Assembly: GCA_963681965.1 (NCBI GenBank)
Contig: OY820579.1
Coordinates: forward strand, 3,648,001 to 3,712,000
Reading direction: 5' to 3'
From: a bacterium
GTDB taxonomy: Bacteria > Electryoneota > JAOADG01
Length of the DNA stretch: 64,000 nucleotides
Shown: positions 30,248-39,501 of the stretch, in pieces
Numbering within the stretch: position 1 is the stretch's first letter
Layout: each line of letters begins with the position of its first letter
The notes under the pieces: model-generated
The model's database searches: none
What the model was told of the DNA's origin: nothing
The model's input: the letters and a program-made list of their open reading frames with translations, nothing else
Program-made: the position numbers and the translations under genes

Positions 30248-31086
30248 GACTGCCCCCCTTTCTTGCGCGATGCGAACCAGGCAATATTGCCGATCACGAT
30301 CAGAACAATGATGAACGTGTGACCGAACGCTTGAGCATCAGTCGCTTTCGCTGCCAGCGCTCGTCTGCCGATCAGCTCCTCATATTCAGCAGCGCCGGTA
30401 ATACCGGTCAGCATTCCCTTCAATTGTCCCGAATTGTAATATGCTGAATACTCCGGTACCGAAACCGCCGCAGCGCCAGCGATTAGATTCAGATTGAACC
30501 GTCCCTGCGCATATTGCACATATTCTTTGGTGCCGGGATATCCGACTGAAATCGAAACGACTGCCTTAAAGCTGTTGTAATTCTCTACCCCTTGCATGAT
30601 CGGCGCTTTCGCCACGGGATTGCCGCGGTAATCGACCGGGAACGCCTTCTGCAGTGCTCGACCCATCTCGACGATCGTCGCTTCGCGACCGTCTTTGTAT
30701 CCAAGATTAATATAGTCGACCCCCTCTTTCAGGTTCGGATACATTTTCTTCATTTCGGCAATCGCGCGTTCCGCCATCGGTGGACTGGATGCGTAAAGAC
30801 TCAAAATCACGACCCGCAATTTCTTGCTGAAGATGTGATACAATACCGCTTCGGTCATCGGATACAGTTCCGCTTTCGAACCGGGGTCGTAATCGTTGGA
30901 GATCATCACCAGCGATCCGGGTGGGAGCGCTTCGATATTCGAGAAGAATTTTTCAACCGGTTCCGAAGCGTGTAGCGGCAGATTGATCGGAAACAACAGC
31001 GGCAGCGTGATCACAATCAGCACGGTTAGATAAATCCACCGTTTGTCGATCGAAGAGACTTTTTCCCAGAAGGATTTTTTCATCAT
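30244..31086 (-). CDS. Uncharacterised membrane-anchored protein with N- and C-terminal TM flanking an alpha/beta domain (gene 3)
   Basis: Motifs DYDPGSKAEL, GVDYINLGY and SGQLKGML.G..GAAEYE. ATGA overlaps at both ends. Confidence 0.8.
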   Translation of the reverse strand: MMKKSFWEKVSSIDKRWIYLTVLIVITLPLLFPINLPLHASEPVEKFFSNIEALPPGSLVMISNDYDPGSKAELYPMTEAVLYHIFSKKLRVVILSLYASSPPMAERAIAEMKKMYPNLKEGVDYINLGYKDGREATIVEMGRALQKAFPVDYRGNPVAKAPIMQGVENYNSFKAVVSISVGYPGTKEYVQYAQGRFNLNLIAGAAAVSVPEYSAYYNSGQLKGMLTGITGAAEYEELIGRRALAAKATDAQAFGHTFIIVLIVIGNIAWFASRKKGGQS

Positions 31087-31709
31087 TCACCCCCTCCGAG
31101 CCAGCTCCGTTCAATCCCGAAAATCATCTTGAGTCCGGTTGCAACCGCACCCATCGCAGCACCGATCATGATCGCGCGTTGCGCTACGGTATTCGGCACA
31201 TTCATGATCCAATCGACCAAGGAGGGAAAATCGCTCCAGAGCATCCGCCCGAACGGCACCCTACCAAGCATCACGATCATCGCCGTCAATGCCAGCAGCC
31301 ACGCCTGCCAGCTTCGAACCCGGAAAGCACGAAATGCCGCCGATGCAATAAAAAACGCCAGTGACGCATACATCGTCGATGCCATCGGTGTGTAGAAATT
31401 GAAATAGATCATGTCGTTGCAGAAGGTACCCGGTTCGATGCCCCAGAAGATCCCGCTGATCGCAGTCACCACCAATGACACCAGAATCACCCATTTATAC
31501 AACCAGTCTTCCTTGCGACCGATTGCCTGACTGAATGACACGCGCGCAAGATTCGCGACGCCGAGAATCGATGCCGCGGAGGTAATGATGATCGCCCACT
31601 GCTGAATTGTGCCGGCAGCATCGTTCACGCGGTAATGCACAAACAGGTACTGCACGATCATGAACAGACCGAAAACAAATAGAATGAAAATTGGAATTTC
31701 CCGTTTCAT
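31083..31709 (-). CDS. Uncharacterised polytopic membrane protein (gene 2)
   Basis: About 6 TM segments with motifs LAFFIASAAFRAFR and WIMNVPNTVAQRAIMIG. Start at ATG 31709 with a GAGGGG SD. Confidence 0.8.
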   Translation of the reverse strand: MKREIPIFILFVFGLFMIVQYLFVHYRVNDAAGTIQQWAIIITSAASILGVANLARVSFSQAIGRKEDWLYKWVILVSLVVTAISGIFWGIEPGTFCNDMIYFNFYTPMASTMYASLAFFIASAAFRAFRVRSWQAWLLALTAMIVMLGRVPFGRMLWSDFPSLVDWIMNVPNTVAQRAIMIGAAMGAVATGLKMIFGIERSWLGGGE

Positions 31710-31716
31710 GCGCCCC

Positions 31717-32901
31717 TCACAGTTCAAGCAGTTGCGTCAACCAGTGCACGCCGCAGGTTTCTAGCAGCGTTCCGATTCCGATGAAGATCATTGCCGCGAC
31801 TTTCATCCAGTCGGTCCCCTTCAGCGTACCGAGCAGTGCGGGATCGCCACTGATGTAAGAACTTGCGGCAAAAAACTCTTCGCCGATCAGCGTGTAATCG
31901 CACGCCACGACGAAGAACGGCAACTGGTGGACATTCGAGGTACCGGCAATCTGGATCGCGCCGGTCGAAAACCCGACTTCACTGAGGATCAGCGATTCCG
32001 CGAAGAATGCACCGAGGAATAAATTCGCCGCCGGTTTTTCCCGCAGCATGATGCCGCTGACACCGGCGGTAAAAGCGAATTGTTCTTCGGATAAGAATCG
32101 GATATTGTCCGGCACAAATGCTTCCGGACGTCCGGCATTGACAGCGCCGGTGCGACACGCTTCTTCCGCGACAGGCACCACAAAACTCTGATTGAGCGGC
32201 ACGATGATCGGCACGTCGTAGGTAGCGGTGCGATTCGATACTTCGGTGAGAATAATCATCGATGCAATCGTCTGGATATTGTCGACCCCTTGCGTACCGG
32301 GAACATACAACACCGGTTTCCCCATCTCGGTCGCGCGACCGATCGCCTCGTCGATTGCGGCGAGACCGGCGATTCTCCGAACGAAGACCGGTTTTCCGTT
32401 TCGCGCCCAATGCGTCATAATGAGGATCAGCGCGAACAATAACGCAATCGTGACAATCACCACCAATCGCTTCGCTTTGATCCACGATGGAATCGAGTGA
32501 ACCGGTCCGGCTTTTTCCGATGTCACTGTGACACGATTGGCAGTATCGACTACAACCGTATCGCCGCGCCGAAATGCCATCGCATATTCGACCCGCAACC
32601 GGTACCAGTAGTTCTTCTCCGGGAGCAACGCGTTTTCGCCGCCGGCGGAACCGTCATCGATAATGAATTTCGCATTGGTTTCGGGGGTCGCGACCGTCTT
32701 CCATGGACCGGAGTCGGTCTCGGCGCGCTGCAACACAAAGAGATGGATGAAGGTGTCGGGCGGTTTCGGGAGTGAATCCCACTGAACTCGGATCGCTTTA
32801 CCGGCGTCTTCCGGCACATCGGCGGCTTTCAAGCCGAAATCCCGGGCAACTGCCAAGCTGGCAATCAGGATGATGAGTAGAAATAGCGCGGTTCGGTACA
32901 T
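31717..32901 (-). CDS. Signal peptide + FN3-like domain + DUF6754-like membrane-associated domain (gene 1)
   Basis: FN3-like region (AADVPEDAG..I.V.W...YWYRL), a TM, then RRIAGL.AIDEAIGRATEMGKP and IQIAGT...QLPFF...CDYTLIGEE. I recall these as DUF6754, which needs HMM confirmation. Confidence 0.75.
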   Translation of the reverse strand: MYRTALFLLIILIASLAVARDFGLKAADVPEDAGKAIRVQWDSLPKPPDTFIHLFVLQRAETDSGPWKTVATPETNAKFIIDDGSAGGENALLPEKNYWYRLRVEYAMAFRRGDTVVVDTANRVTVTSEKAGPVHSIPSWIKAKRLVVIVTIALLFALILIMTHWARNGKPVFVRRIAGLAAIDEAIGRATEMGKPVLYVPGTQGVDNIQTIASMIILTEVSNRTATYDVPIIVPLNQSFVVPVAEEACRTGAVNAGRPEAFVPDNIRFLSEEQFAFTAGVSGIMLREKPAANLFLGAFFAESLILSEVGFSTGAIQIAGTSNVHQLPFFVVACDYTLIGEEFFAASSYISGDPALLGTLKGTDWMKVAAMIFIGIGTLLETCGVHWLTQLLEL

Positions 32902-33070
32902 CGCTTCTCCGCTTGGTTGGTGAATTTAGCTGAAAGATAGGAAGATTGGGGCCATGGGGAAAGGGAATGGGCTGATATTCGGTATTATCAATGCGGATAC
33001 GCAATTGTAGGCGTAATATGGTCGTTGAGAATACTCCGGTTCGGCAGGGTTAGCAACCTACTCTTTTTTC

Positions 33071-33504
33071 GTAGCGATAGGCACTCTTGCCTGTCGACCG
33101 ATTATGTGTCTGGCGAATGCCGGACTTGTACAGGCAGGAGTGCCTGTACCTACGGTAATCGATTACTATTCGGTTCAAGCGCTAGGCAAATATTGAGATC
33201 CTCAGTCCCCTTCTTTTGAGTAAGGGGGGCATCCCCGCATGCCTCCACTCTTGTATCAATTTCCGTTTGTAGCCGCAGGCTTCAGTCTGCGTTTTTGAAT
33301 CTTTTTTTATCTTTTCCCGATCTCCACTACCTATCTCCTAACTCCCATTATCTGCGTCAGGCGCTGCCTGCCGCTTGGGGATATGCGATTACCTTCGGTG
33401 AGCACTTCGTGGTTCGCCCAAACGAAAAGATAATAAAAGGGAGGGCTCGCGAGCCCTCCCCTACTATCAGACACAAGTGGTGATCAGAAAATATTCTGAC
33501 CTAC
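33071..33504. repeat. REP-like hairpin cluster 3
   Basis: GTAGCGATAGGCACTCTTGCCTGTCG, GTACAGGCAGGAGTGCCTGTACCTAC, GTAGCCGCAGGCTTCAGTCTGCG, GGGAGGGCTCGCGAGCCCTCCCCTAC and TCAGAAAATATTCTGACCTAC. Confidence 0.85.
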
Positions 33505-33548
33505 ATCAATACAATCGCTATCCTCTCTTTACCAAGCACCGAGCACCA

Positions 33549-34592
33549 TCAATGCACCGGTCCAATATCCACCGCTAGTTCATGACCGGTCTTGGCGGCT
33601 TCGTAGATCGCTTCGACCACACGTAGCGCCTGCAAGCACTCCTTCGCGGTCGCACCCGGTTCGGTCTGACCGCGCAGCACTTCCACGAAATGGCGCAGCT
33701 CCGATTCGTAACTCGCGCGATGAATATCGATCGTCTTCAATGATTTCAGCGGATACTGATTAGTGATCTTGTCATTTTCGAGTACGTGTATCCGCACCGG
33801 ATTCACACACGCACGCCCCTTGGTTCCGGCAAAGACCGTCCATGCTTCACTGGTGTCGGCGATCAGCGACCACGACACTTCCAGCGTCACCATGATCCCT
33901 TTTTCGAGGTAGAGTGTCGCCATCGCGGTATCTTCCACACCGCCGCTATTCGCGACTTTGCGGATCATCCCACCGACGCGCGTCACCTTCGGATATTTCA
34001 GAATCCAGAGCAACAAATCGATCAACTGAATGCCGTAATCCATCAAGACACCGCCGCCGGAAATCTTCTTGTCGCGAACCCATTCCGGACGATTCCAATG
34101 ATCCCACTTTGTCATCCACCCCATGCGAACGCGATAGATGTCGCCGATCGTACCAGTCTTGACGAAATTCTTGACAATCCGCGCATCCTGCCGGAACCGC
34201 TGATTCATCAGCACCATCAGTTTCTTGTTGTTCTTCTCGGCACAGGCGATCATCTTCTCCGCTTCCGCCACGGATCGTGCCAGCGGTTTCTCGACAATCA
34301 CATCCAATCCATATTCGAGCGCACCGATTGCCAGCGGCAAGTGACTATTGTTTGGAGTCAGAATGAAGACACTGTCGAGTTTCTGCTCCATCATATCTTC
34401 GGGATTCTCGAACCATTTCAGCCGCTGCTTATGCGAATAGCGTTCCCCTTTGACTGAATCGAGATCGCTCACCCCAACCAGTTCTACCCCTTCGATCGAT
34501 CGCAAGAGTGGAATATGAACCAATTGTGCCATCGTACCCAGACCAATCACGCCAATCCGGATCGGTTTCTCATTGGATGTTTTCGCCGACAT
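33549..34592 (-). CDS. Gfo/Idh/MocA-family oxidoreductase
   Basis: IGVIGLG Rossmann motif, TPN..H, EKPL, and SGGGVLMDYGIQ (the usual DxGxH has H->Q). Confidence 0.9.
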   Translation of the reverse strand: MSAKTSNEKPIRIGVIGLGTMAQLVHIPLLRSIEGVELVGVSDLDSVKGERYSHKQRLKWFENPEDMMEQKLDSVFILTPNNSHLPLAIGALEYGLDVIVEKPLARSVAEAEKMIACAEKNNKKLMVLMNQRFRQDARIVKNFVKTGTIGDIYRVRMGWMTKWDHWNRPEWVRDKKISGGGVLMDYGIQLIDLLLWILKYPKVTRVGGMIRKVANSGGVEDTAMATLYLEKGIMVTLEVSWSLIADTSEAWTVFAGTKGRACVNPVRIHVLENDKITNQYPLKSLKTIDIHRASYESELRHFVEVLRGQTEPGATAKECLQALRVVEAIYEAAKTGHELAVDIGPVH

Positions 34593-34786
34593 AGTACCCT
34601 CACAAAATTGAAATGGTTAATCTAAAAAATAAGGTTGTTTCCCGCTGTTACCAATTCAAACCCGACTCGCTGAACAAATTTACGGTTCGCGGTAGCGAGT
34701 TGTCGTTGGTAGTAGGGGCGGACCCCCGTGTCCGCCCGCAGGTCAGGTGTAACCTGACACAGGATCCCGCTCTAGAAATTCGCTCG

Positions 34787-35644
34787 TTACGCTTCCGCCG
34801 CCTTCACGCAATTCGTCAGCAGTGAGGCAATCGTCATCGGTCCTACCCCTTTCGGTACGGGTGTGTGTCCCAACAGGTGCTCGGTCCGATCGAACAAGAC
34901 ATCGCCAGTCAACCGGTACCCCTTCGGATTGTCCGCCGGAACACGATTCATCCCGACATCGACAATCCAGCCACCCGGCTTGACCAATGATGCCGGAAAC
35001 AACCCCGCTACGCCGATTGCGGCAATCACGCCATCGGCACTGGCAATCAGCTCATTCAACCCTTCACTCCGGCTGTGCGCAACGGTGACTGTCGCATCCA
35101 CCCCTTTGTGCGAAAGCAGAATCGACATCGGTCGACCGACAATTTGCGAGCGTCCAATCACCAACACGTACTTTCCGGCAATCGGTGCATCGTAAAAGTG
35201 GAGCATCTCCATAATCCCGCCGGGTGTACACGGCAGAAACTTCGACGTCCCGAGTACCAATCGTCCGAGATTGCTCGAGGTGAGACAATCGGCATCCTTC
35301 TCCGGATTCACCATATCGAGCAAGATCCGCTCCGGCAGATGTTTCGGTAACGGTAACTGGATGATGAAGCCATCGATTGCCGGATCGAGGTTAAGCGAAT
35401 CCACTGCCGCCGCGACTTCTTCGAAGGTTGCGGTTTCCGGCAATTTGACGGTCCGCGAATGCAAACCATATTTCGCACACGCTTCACCTTTCATCCGGAC
35501 ATAGATCTCCGAAGCAGAATTATTTCCGACCAGCAACAAACCTAATCCCGGCGGTCGCCCTTTGGTCGCTTGAACGCGAATCGCAGCTTCACCGATTTTT
35601 CGGTATAACGATTCGGCAACGGGATTTCCTTCCCACAGTTTCAT
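34787..35644 (-). CDS. folD: Bifunctional methylenetetrahydrofolate dehydrogenase/cyclohydrolase
   Basis: YVRMK, QLPLP, EKDAD, PCTPGG, GRSQIVGRP, DVGMNR and TPVPKGVGPMT motifs. Start at ATG 35644, overlapping the upstream stop. Confidence 0.95.
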   Translation of the reverse strand: MKLWEGNPVAESLYRKIGEAAIRVQATKGRPPGLGLLLVGNNSASEIYVRMKGEACAKYGLHSRTVKLPETATFEEVAAAVDSLNLDPAIDGFIIQLPLPKHLPERILLDMVNPEKDADCLTSSNLGRLVLGTSKFLPCTPGGIMEMLHFYDAPIAGKYVLVIGRSQIVGRPMSILLSHKGVDATVTVAHSRSEGLNELIASADGVIAAIGVAGLFPASLVKPGGWIVDVGMNRVPADNPKGYRLTGDVLFDRTEHLLGHTPVPKGVGPMTIASLLTNCVKAAEA

Positions 35645-36606
35645 CCAGCATCCTCTTCGGTTATCGTTTGACTTGTAAGGTAGTCGTGCCACCCCTGCAT
35701 CGTTCCGGCAAACGCCAATAGCGGGATGATCGTCCGACCGCTCCACCAGAAATTAAAATTGTATTCGGCGATCCGGCATAATTTTTCAACCGGCAAATTT
35801 AGTATCTTTCGCTTCAAATAACCCCGGATTCCGGTTGTATCCAATGGTTGCTTGGGATCGAACAGCCAATGCAGACGTGCCGCGTAATACAGTTCCGGCG
35901 TTTCGGCAATCATCCGCGGTAAGCCTTGTGCCGCATATTTCCGTTTTACCTCGAATAGTTCGCTCATCGTTCGATGATGGTCGTGAAAGAATATGGCATC
36001 CGGTACTGCCGAGATCGGTACTTCTGCTGCTGCCAATTTCGCTCCCAGCGCCACATCCTCGCCACTGCGACCGGTCAGCCGCTCATCGAATGCTCCGTAC
36101 AACCAGAACAATCGTCGCTCAATTAAAAAACAGCCGCTTTGCAACAATCGCTGAGGGATCGATTTGGAACCGTAACGGTAAGCGGGACTGCGCAACACTT
36201 CGTACCGGCGAGCTGGACAAAACGCATCGGGATGGACAGCCAATGCTGCGAGTCGAACCTCACCCATCTCTCGCGCGCGCCAGAGCGATTGTACAAACCG
36301 GTCGTTTAATTCTCCATCACCGTCCAGAAATAGTAACCATTCGCCGTTCGCTAATTTTGCCGCACGATTCCGCGCTGCCGCCCGGCTCTCGTGCTTCGGA
36401 TTTGGATCGGCGATTTTAAACGAATAACAAAACGATTGGGTGATTAATGTTGGTATTGTATTATCGGTGGAACCATCATCGCTGTAAATCACTTCGAATG
36501 AAATCGCTTCGTCGAATCGCTGTTGCTCGATTCCGCGCAACAGCCGCAACACTTTTGTCCGCTGATTGTATCCCAGAACTAATATTGAGAGTTCGCAGTT
36601 GTTCAT
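35641..36606 (-). CDS. Glycosyltransferase family 2
   Basis: DDGSTD, AAARN, FLDGD and FDE....GED motifs. Confidence 0.88.
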   Translation of the reverse strand: MNNCELSILVLGYNQRTKVLRLLRGIEQQRFDEAISFEVIYSDDGSTDNTIPTLITQSFCYSFKIADPNPKHESRAAARNRAAKLANGEWLLFLDGDGELNDRFVQSLWRAREMGEVRLAALAVHPDAFCPARRYEVLRSPAYRYGSKSIPQRLLQSGCFLIERRLFWLYGAFDERLTGRSGEDVALGAKLAAAEVPISAVPDAIFFHDHHRTMSELFEVKRKYAAQGLPRMIAETPELYYAARLHWLFDPKQPLDTTGIRGYLKRKILNLPVEKLCRIAEYNFNFWWSGRTIIPLLAFAGTMQGWHDYLTSQTITEEDAG

Positions 36607-37751
36607 ATTCGTACCGGTGGCGGTGTAAAGGGTTTAAGCGGATCGGGAATTTTCTGCACCATTCCGTATTGCAATAAATATTCGTAAAAGTGCCGAAGTA
36701 CGACACGAACATCGTGATACTTTTCGACGAATCCTCGCCCTGCCAACGCCTGTCGGTGGCGCAATCCGGAATCGGCGATCAAATGCTCCAGCGCAGTTTC
36801 GACATTCTGCTCGTCGGCTAATTCAAACGGGTGGTCGGGCAAGAATTTCCGGTATTGTTCGCAGAATTTCGTCACGACCGGAATTCCCATCGCAAGGAAT
36901 TCGATCGACGACATCCCGTAGCCCCATCCACCGAGATCGGTCAATTGGTCGACGGCAAGATGACAAGTTTTTTTTCGCCGGATCGCTTCTTCGTGCGAGA
37001 CATTTTCAATCAACACCAACTCTACCGGAAATCCACGATGTTTCAGCGATTCGACTGCCCGAATCACCGCATCGGTTCCCTTCAACCGCCGATTTCGCGC
37101 AGCATGTCCGATCCGGAATACTTCCGGTTTGTCCACAAATTGATTAGGCGTAATCCCACTCAAATCGTACGGCAGATAGAGATAATTTAACTTCGGATGG
37201 AGGGTTATTAAATCCAATTCGCTGGTAAGCCGCAAGCGGCAATGATCGTCGACGGCTTTGATAACACCGCGATTGCGCACATCGGTCCCGTGATAAAACG
37301 CGACTGTTCCCTTACCACGCTTCAACAACTCTTTCACCCAGCGACCATCACGATAGAACTCCATTCCCATTTCAAATTGGTAGATATCGAATTCGTTCAA
37401 CTGGTATCGTGATTTTGCCCGTTCAATCAATGGTGTCCAAAGCGCTTCGCGCGACTTAAATACCCATGCGGACAATTTATCGTCGGGTTGCCACAACGGC
37501 GGTATGCCGGCTGGTGTCGGGCGTTCCGGATCGAGCGGTTGCTTCAGCATCCTTCGCCGGAATTCTTTTGCTTTGGCAAATAGACCACCGGTCGGCGAGA
37601 GCGGAAGATTCAACACGATATCCTCGTCGAAACCGAATTGATTCTGGAACAATGTGAGAAACCGCGCAATATCGCCGATTTCTTCGTGGGCTTTTCGCAG
37701 CGTAGTCAGAGTGCCGGAAATATGTTCGGGTGCGACATAGAGGAATTTCAT
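36603..37751 (-). CDS. GT-B fold glycosyltransferase (GT4-like)
   Basis: YHGTDVR, HA..NRRLKGT, VDQL and GYGMSSIEFLAMGIPV motifs. ATGA-coupled start at 37751. Confidence 0.8.
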   Translation of the reverse strand: MKFLYVAPEHISGTLTTLRKAHEEIGDIARFLTLFQNQFGFDEDIVLNLPLSPTGGLFAKAKEFRRRMLKQPLDPERPTPAGIPPLWQPDDKLSAWVFKSREALWTPLIERAKSRYQLNEFDIYQFEMGMEFYRDGRWVKELLKRGKGTVAFYHGTDVRNRGVIKAVDDHCRLRLTSELDLITLHPKLNYLYLPYDLSGITPNQFVDKPEVFRIGHAARNRRLKGTDAVIRAVESLKHRGFPVELVLIENVSHEEAIRRKKTCHLAVDQLTDLGGWGYGMSSIEFLAMGIPVVTKFCEQYRKFLPDHPFELADEQNVETALEHLIADSGLRHRQALAGRGFVEKYHDVRVVLRHFYEYLLQYGMVQKIPDPLKPFTPPPVRI

Positions 37752-38635
37752 GCCACTGGCCATCCGAGCATTTTCATCGCAGTTCTACCGATATCGTCCC
37801 ATTGCGCATCGTCATTCGGGTGGAATATTTTATCGCCCATGAAAATATTGACGACAGCTTCGCGCCACGGCACTTCTTCCAACAACGGTCCTTCCAATTG
37901 CAATTCGGGATTCCCCGGAAACGGTCTTCGAAACAATCGGTGTTGCAATTTCGACCAAGGATCGGGTGGATTTCGTTTTAATGGATCGGCTAGCGCAATG
38001 ACGGTAGCACCGCGCTGATGCGCCATTTCGACAACCGGGATCGTTCCGACTTTGTGATAGAAACTGGTGCGGGTAATCCGATCGGAACCGAGCAATAAGA
38101 CCGATTCGTCGTCCAATTTGGAGCTAATACCGGTATCGGTGAGAATTCTGACCGTCACACCGCGTTTGTAAAGTTGTTGTGCCAGCGCGACCCCTTCATT
38201 TCCGGGACGCCCTTCGGCGATAAAGACCGGTGGATCGGCACTGCTTCTGGTCGATAATAACTGCGATACGGTTGAGCCTGCCGAATACACAACAACGGGG
38301 GTATTCGCGATCTGGTCGCGGATAAATCGAACTTGGTGATTGCGATACTTATGTAAGATTTCGGAGAGTTCGGAGAGACTCACACAGAGATCGAACGGCG
38401 ACTCGTTTACCCAAACCGAAGCGTCGATACGCCATGCCAGCCATTCGATCGGCGAAAACCCGGGAATAGTTTCCAAAAGGATTCCCGGTAAACGCTCCGA
38501 TCCTTCTTGCCAGATGATTTCCCGACCGACAAATTTCCGCAGTGCGTGTACTGCTTCGAGTAGACAGGTCGTCGCCCCTTTGCTCATCGACGAGCCGATT
38601 CGACGCCAGTCGTTGATCAGCGGGGTAAGCATCAT
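37748..38635 (-). CDS. eIF-2B/ribose-1,5-bisphosphate-isomerase-like protein (divergent)
   Basis: YSAGSTV, EGRPGNEG..LA, LLGSDRI and HKVGT resemble IF-2B family motifs (ESRP..EG, VGAD, NK.GT). Confidence 0.65.
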   Translation of the reverse strand: MMLTPLINDWRRIGSSMSKGATTCLLEAVHALRKFVGREIIWQEGSERLPGILLETIPGFSPIEWLAWRIDASVWVNESPFDLCVSLSELSEILHKYRNHQVRFIRDQIANTPVVVYSAGSTVSQLLSTRSSADPPVFIAEGRPGNEGVALAQQLYKRGVTVRILTDTGISSKLDDESVLLLGSDRITRTSFYHKVGTIPVVEMAHQRGATVIALADPLKRNPPDPWSKLQHRLFRRPFPGNPELQLEGPLLEEVPWREAVVNIFMGDKIFHPNDDAQWDDIGRTAMKMLGWPVA

Positions 38636-38902
38636 TTATTGCTGGAATATCGAGGTCATATCGAACTGATGATACTCCGCTAAGCAATATTTACACCCGT
38701 TGTACGGTGGTTTTGCATGCTCCAACATCAGCCGTTTCAGGGCATCGAGCGTAAAGATCTTCTTGCGGCGTTCTTTAGGAATTTTATTGAGATGGCATTC
38801 GTATTTCGGGCTCGAAGCGTCGTGAATAATGTGAGTTTCCAAATCGAGGATAAACATCTTTGTTCCTTCACTTTCCAATTGAGAATACGATTTGTATTCC
38901 AA
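38636..38902 (-). CDS. Small putative zinc-binding protein
   Basis: HIIHD...C...YNGCKYC ligand pattern. Lies in the operon between the mutase small subunit and the eIF-2B-like gene. Confidence 0.55.
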   Translation of the reverse strand: MEYKSYSQLESEGTKMFILDLETHIIHDASSPKYECHLNKIPKERRKKIFTLDALKRLMLEHAKPPYNGCKYCLAEYHQFDMTSIFQQ

Positions 38903-38932
38903 ATTTCATACCGTAGCGGAACCGATCGGAGA

Positions 38933-39343
38933 TTACATTGCCACCCGGTTTCCCGCGACCCATTCTTTCATGTAACCAATCGCCTCACTAGTTGGCGTTC
39001 CCGGTCCAAACAGTCGACCCACACCCATCGCTTCCAGCGCAGTCATGTCCTCTTTCGGAATGATGCCGCCACCAGTCAGCAAGACATCGGTGAGTCCGCG
39101 TTCGTGCATCAGTTTCAGAACTGCGGGGAATAGTGTCATGTGAGCGCCGGATAAAATCGATAGCGCAACGATGTCGACATCTTCTTGAATCGCCGATTCG
39201 ACAATCATATCCGGAGTTTGGCGAAGACCGGTGTAAATCACTTCCATACCGGCATCACGGCAAGCAGCAGCCATCACTTTCGCACCGCGATCGTGTCCAT
39301 CGAGTCCGGGTTTGGCAATCAGGATCCGAATTTTCTTATCCAT
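38933..39343 (-). CDS. Cobalamin-binding small subunit of acyl-CoA mutase
   Basis: [12 protein letters not shown] (DxHxxG), SILSGAH, GGGIIP and FGPGT motifs. Confidence 0.95.
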   Translation of the reverse strand: MDKKIRILIAKPGLDGHDRGAKVMAAACRDAGMEVIYTGLRQTPDMIVESAIQEDVDIVALSILSGAHMTLFPAVLKLMHERGLTDVLLTGGGIIPKEDMTALEAMGVGRLFGPGTPTSEAIGYMKEWVAGNRVAM

Positions 39344-39501
39344 AAACTAACTCACTTCCAACAACGAATTTTGTTTCAGAATCGAACCGAACCTACGAAC
39401 GGTTTCAGATTGTCGGTAGAACATTACAAATTAGGGCTTCTAGACATCCAGTGCAAAGTCGTGGTAGACGATTATCAATTGATTGTAACATCTTTTACTA
39501 T

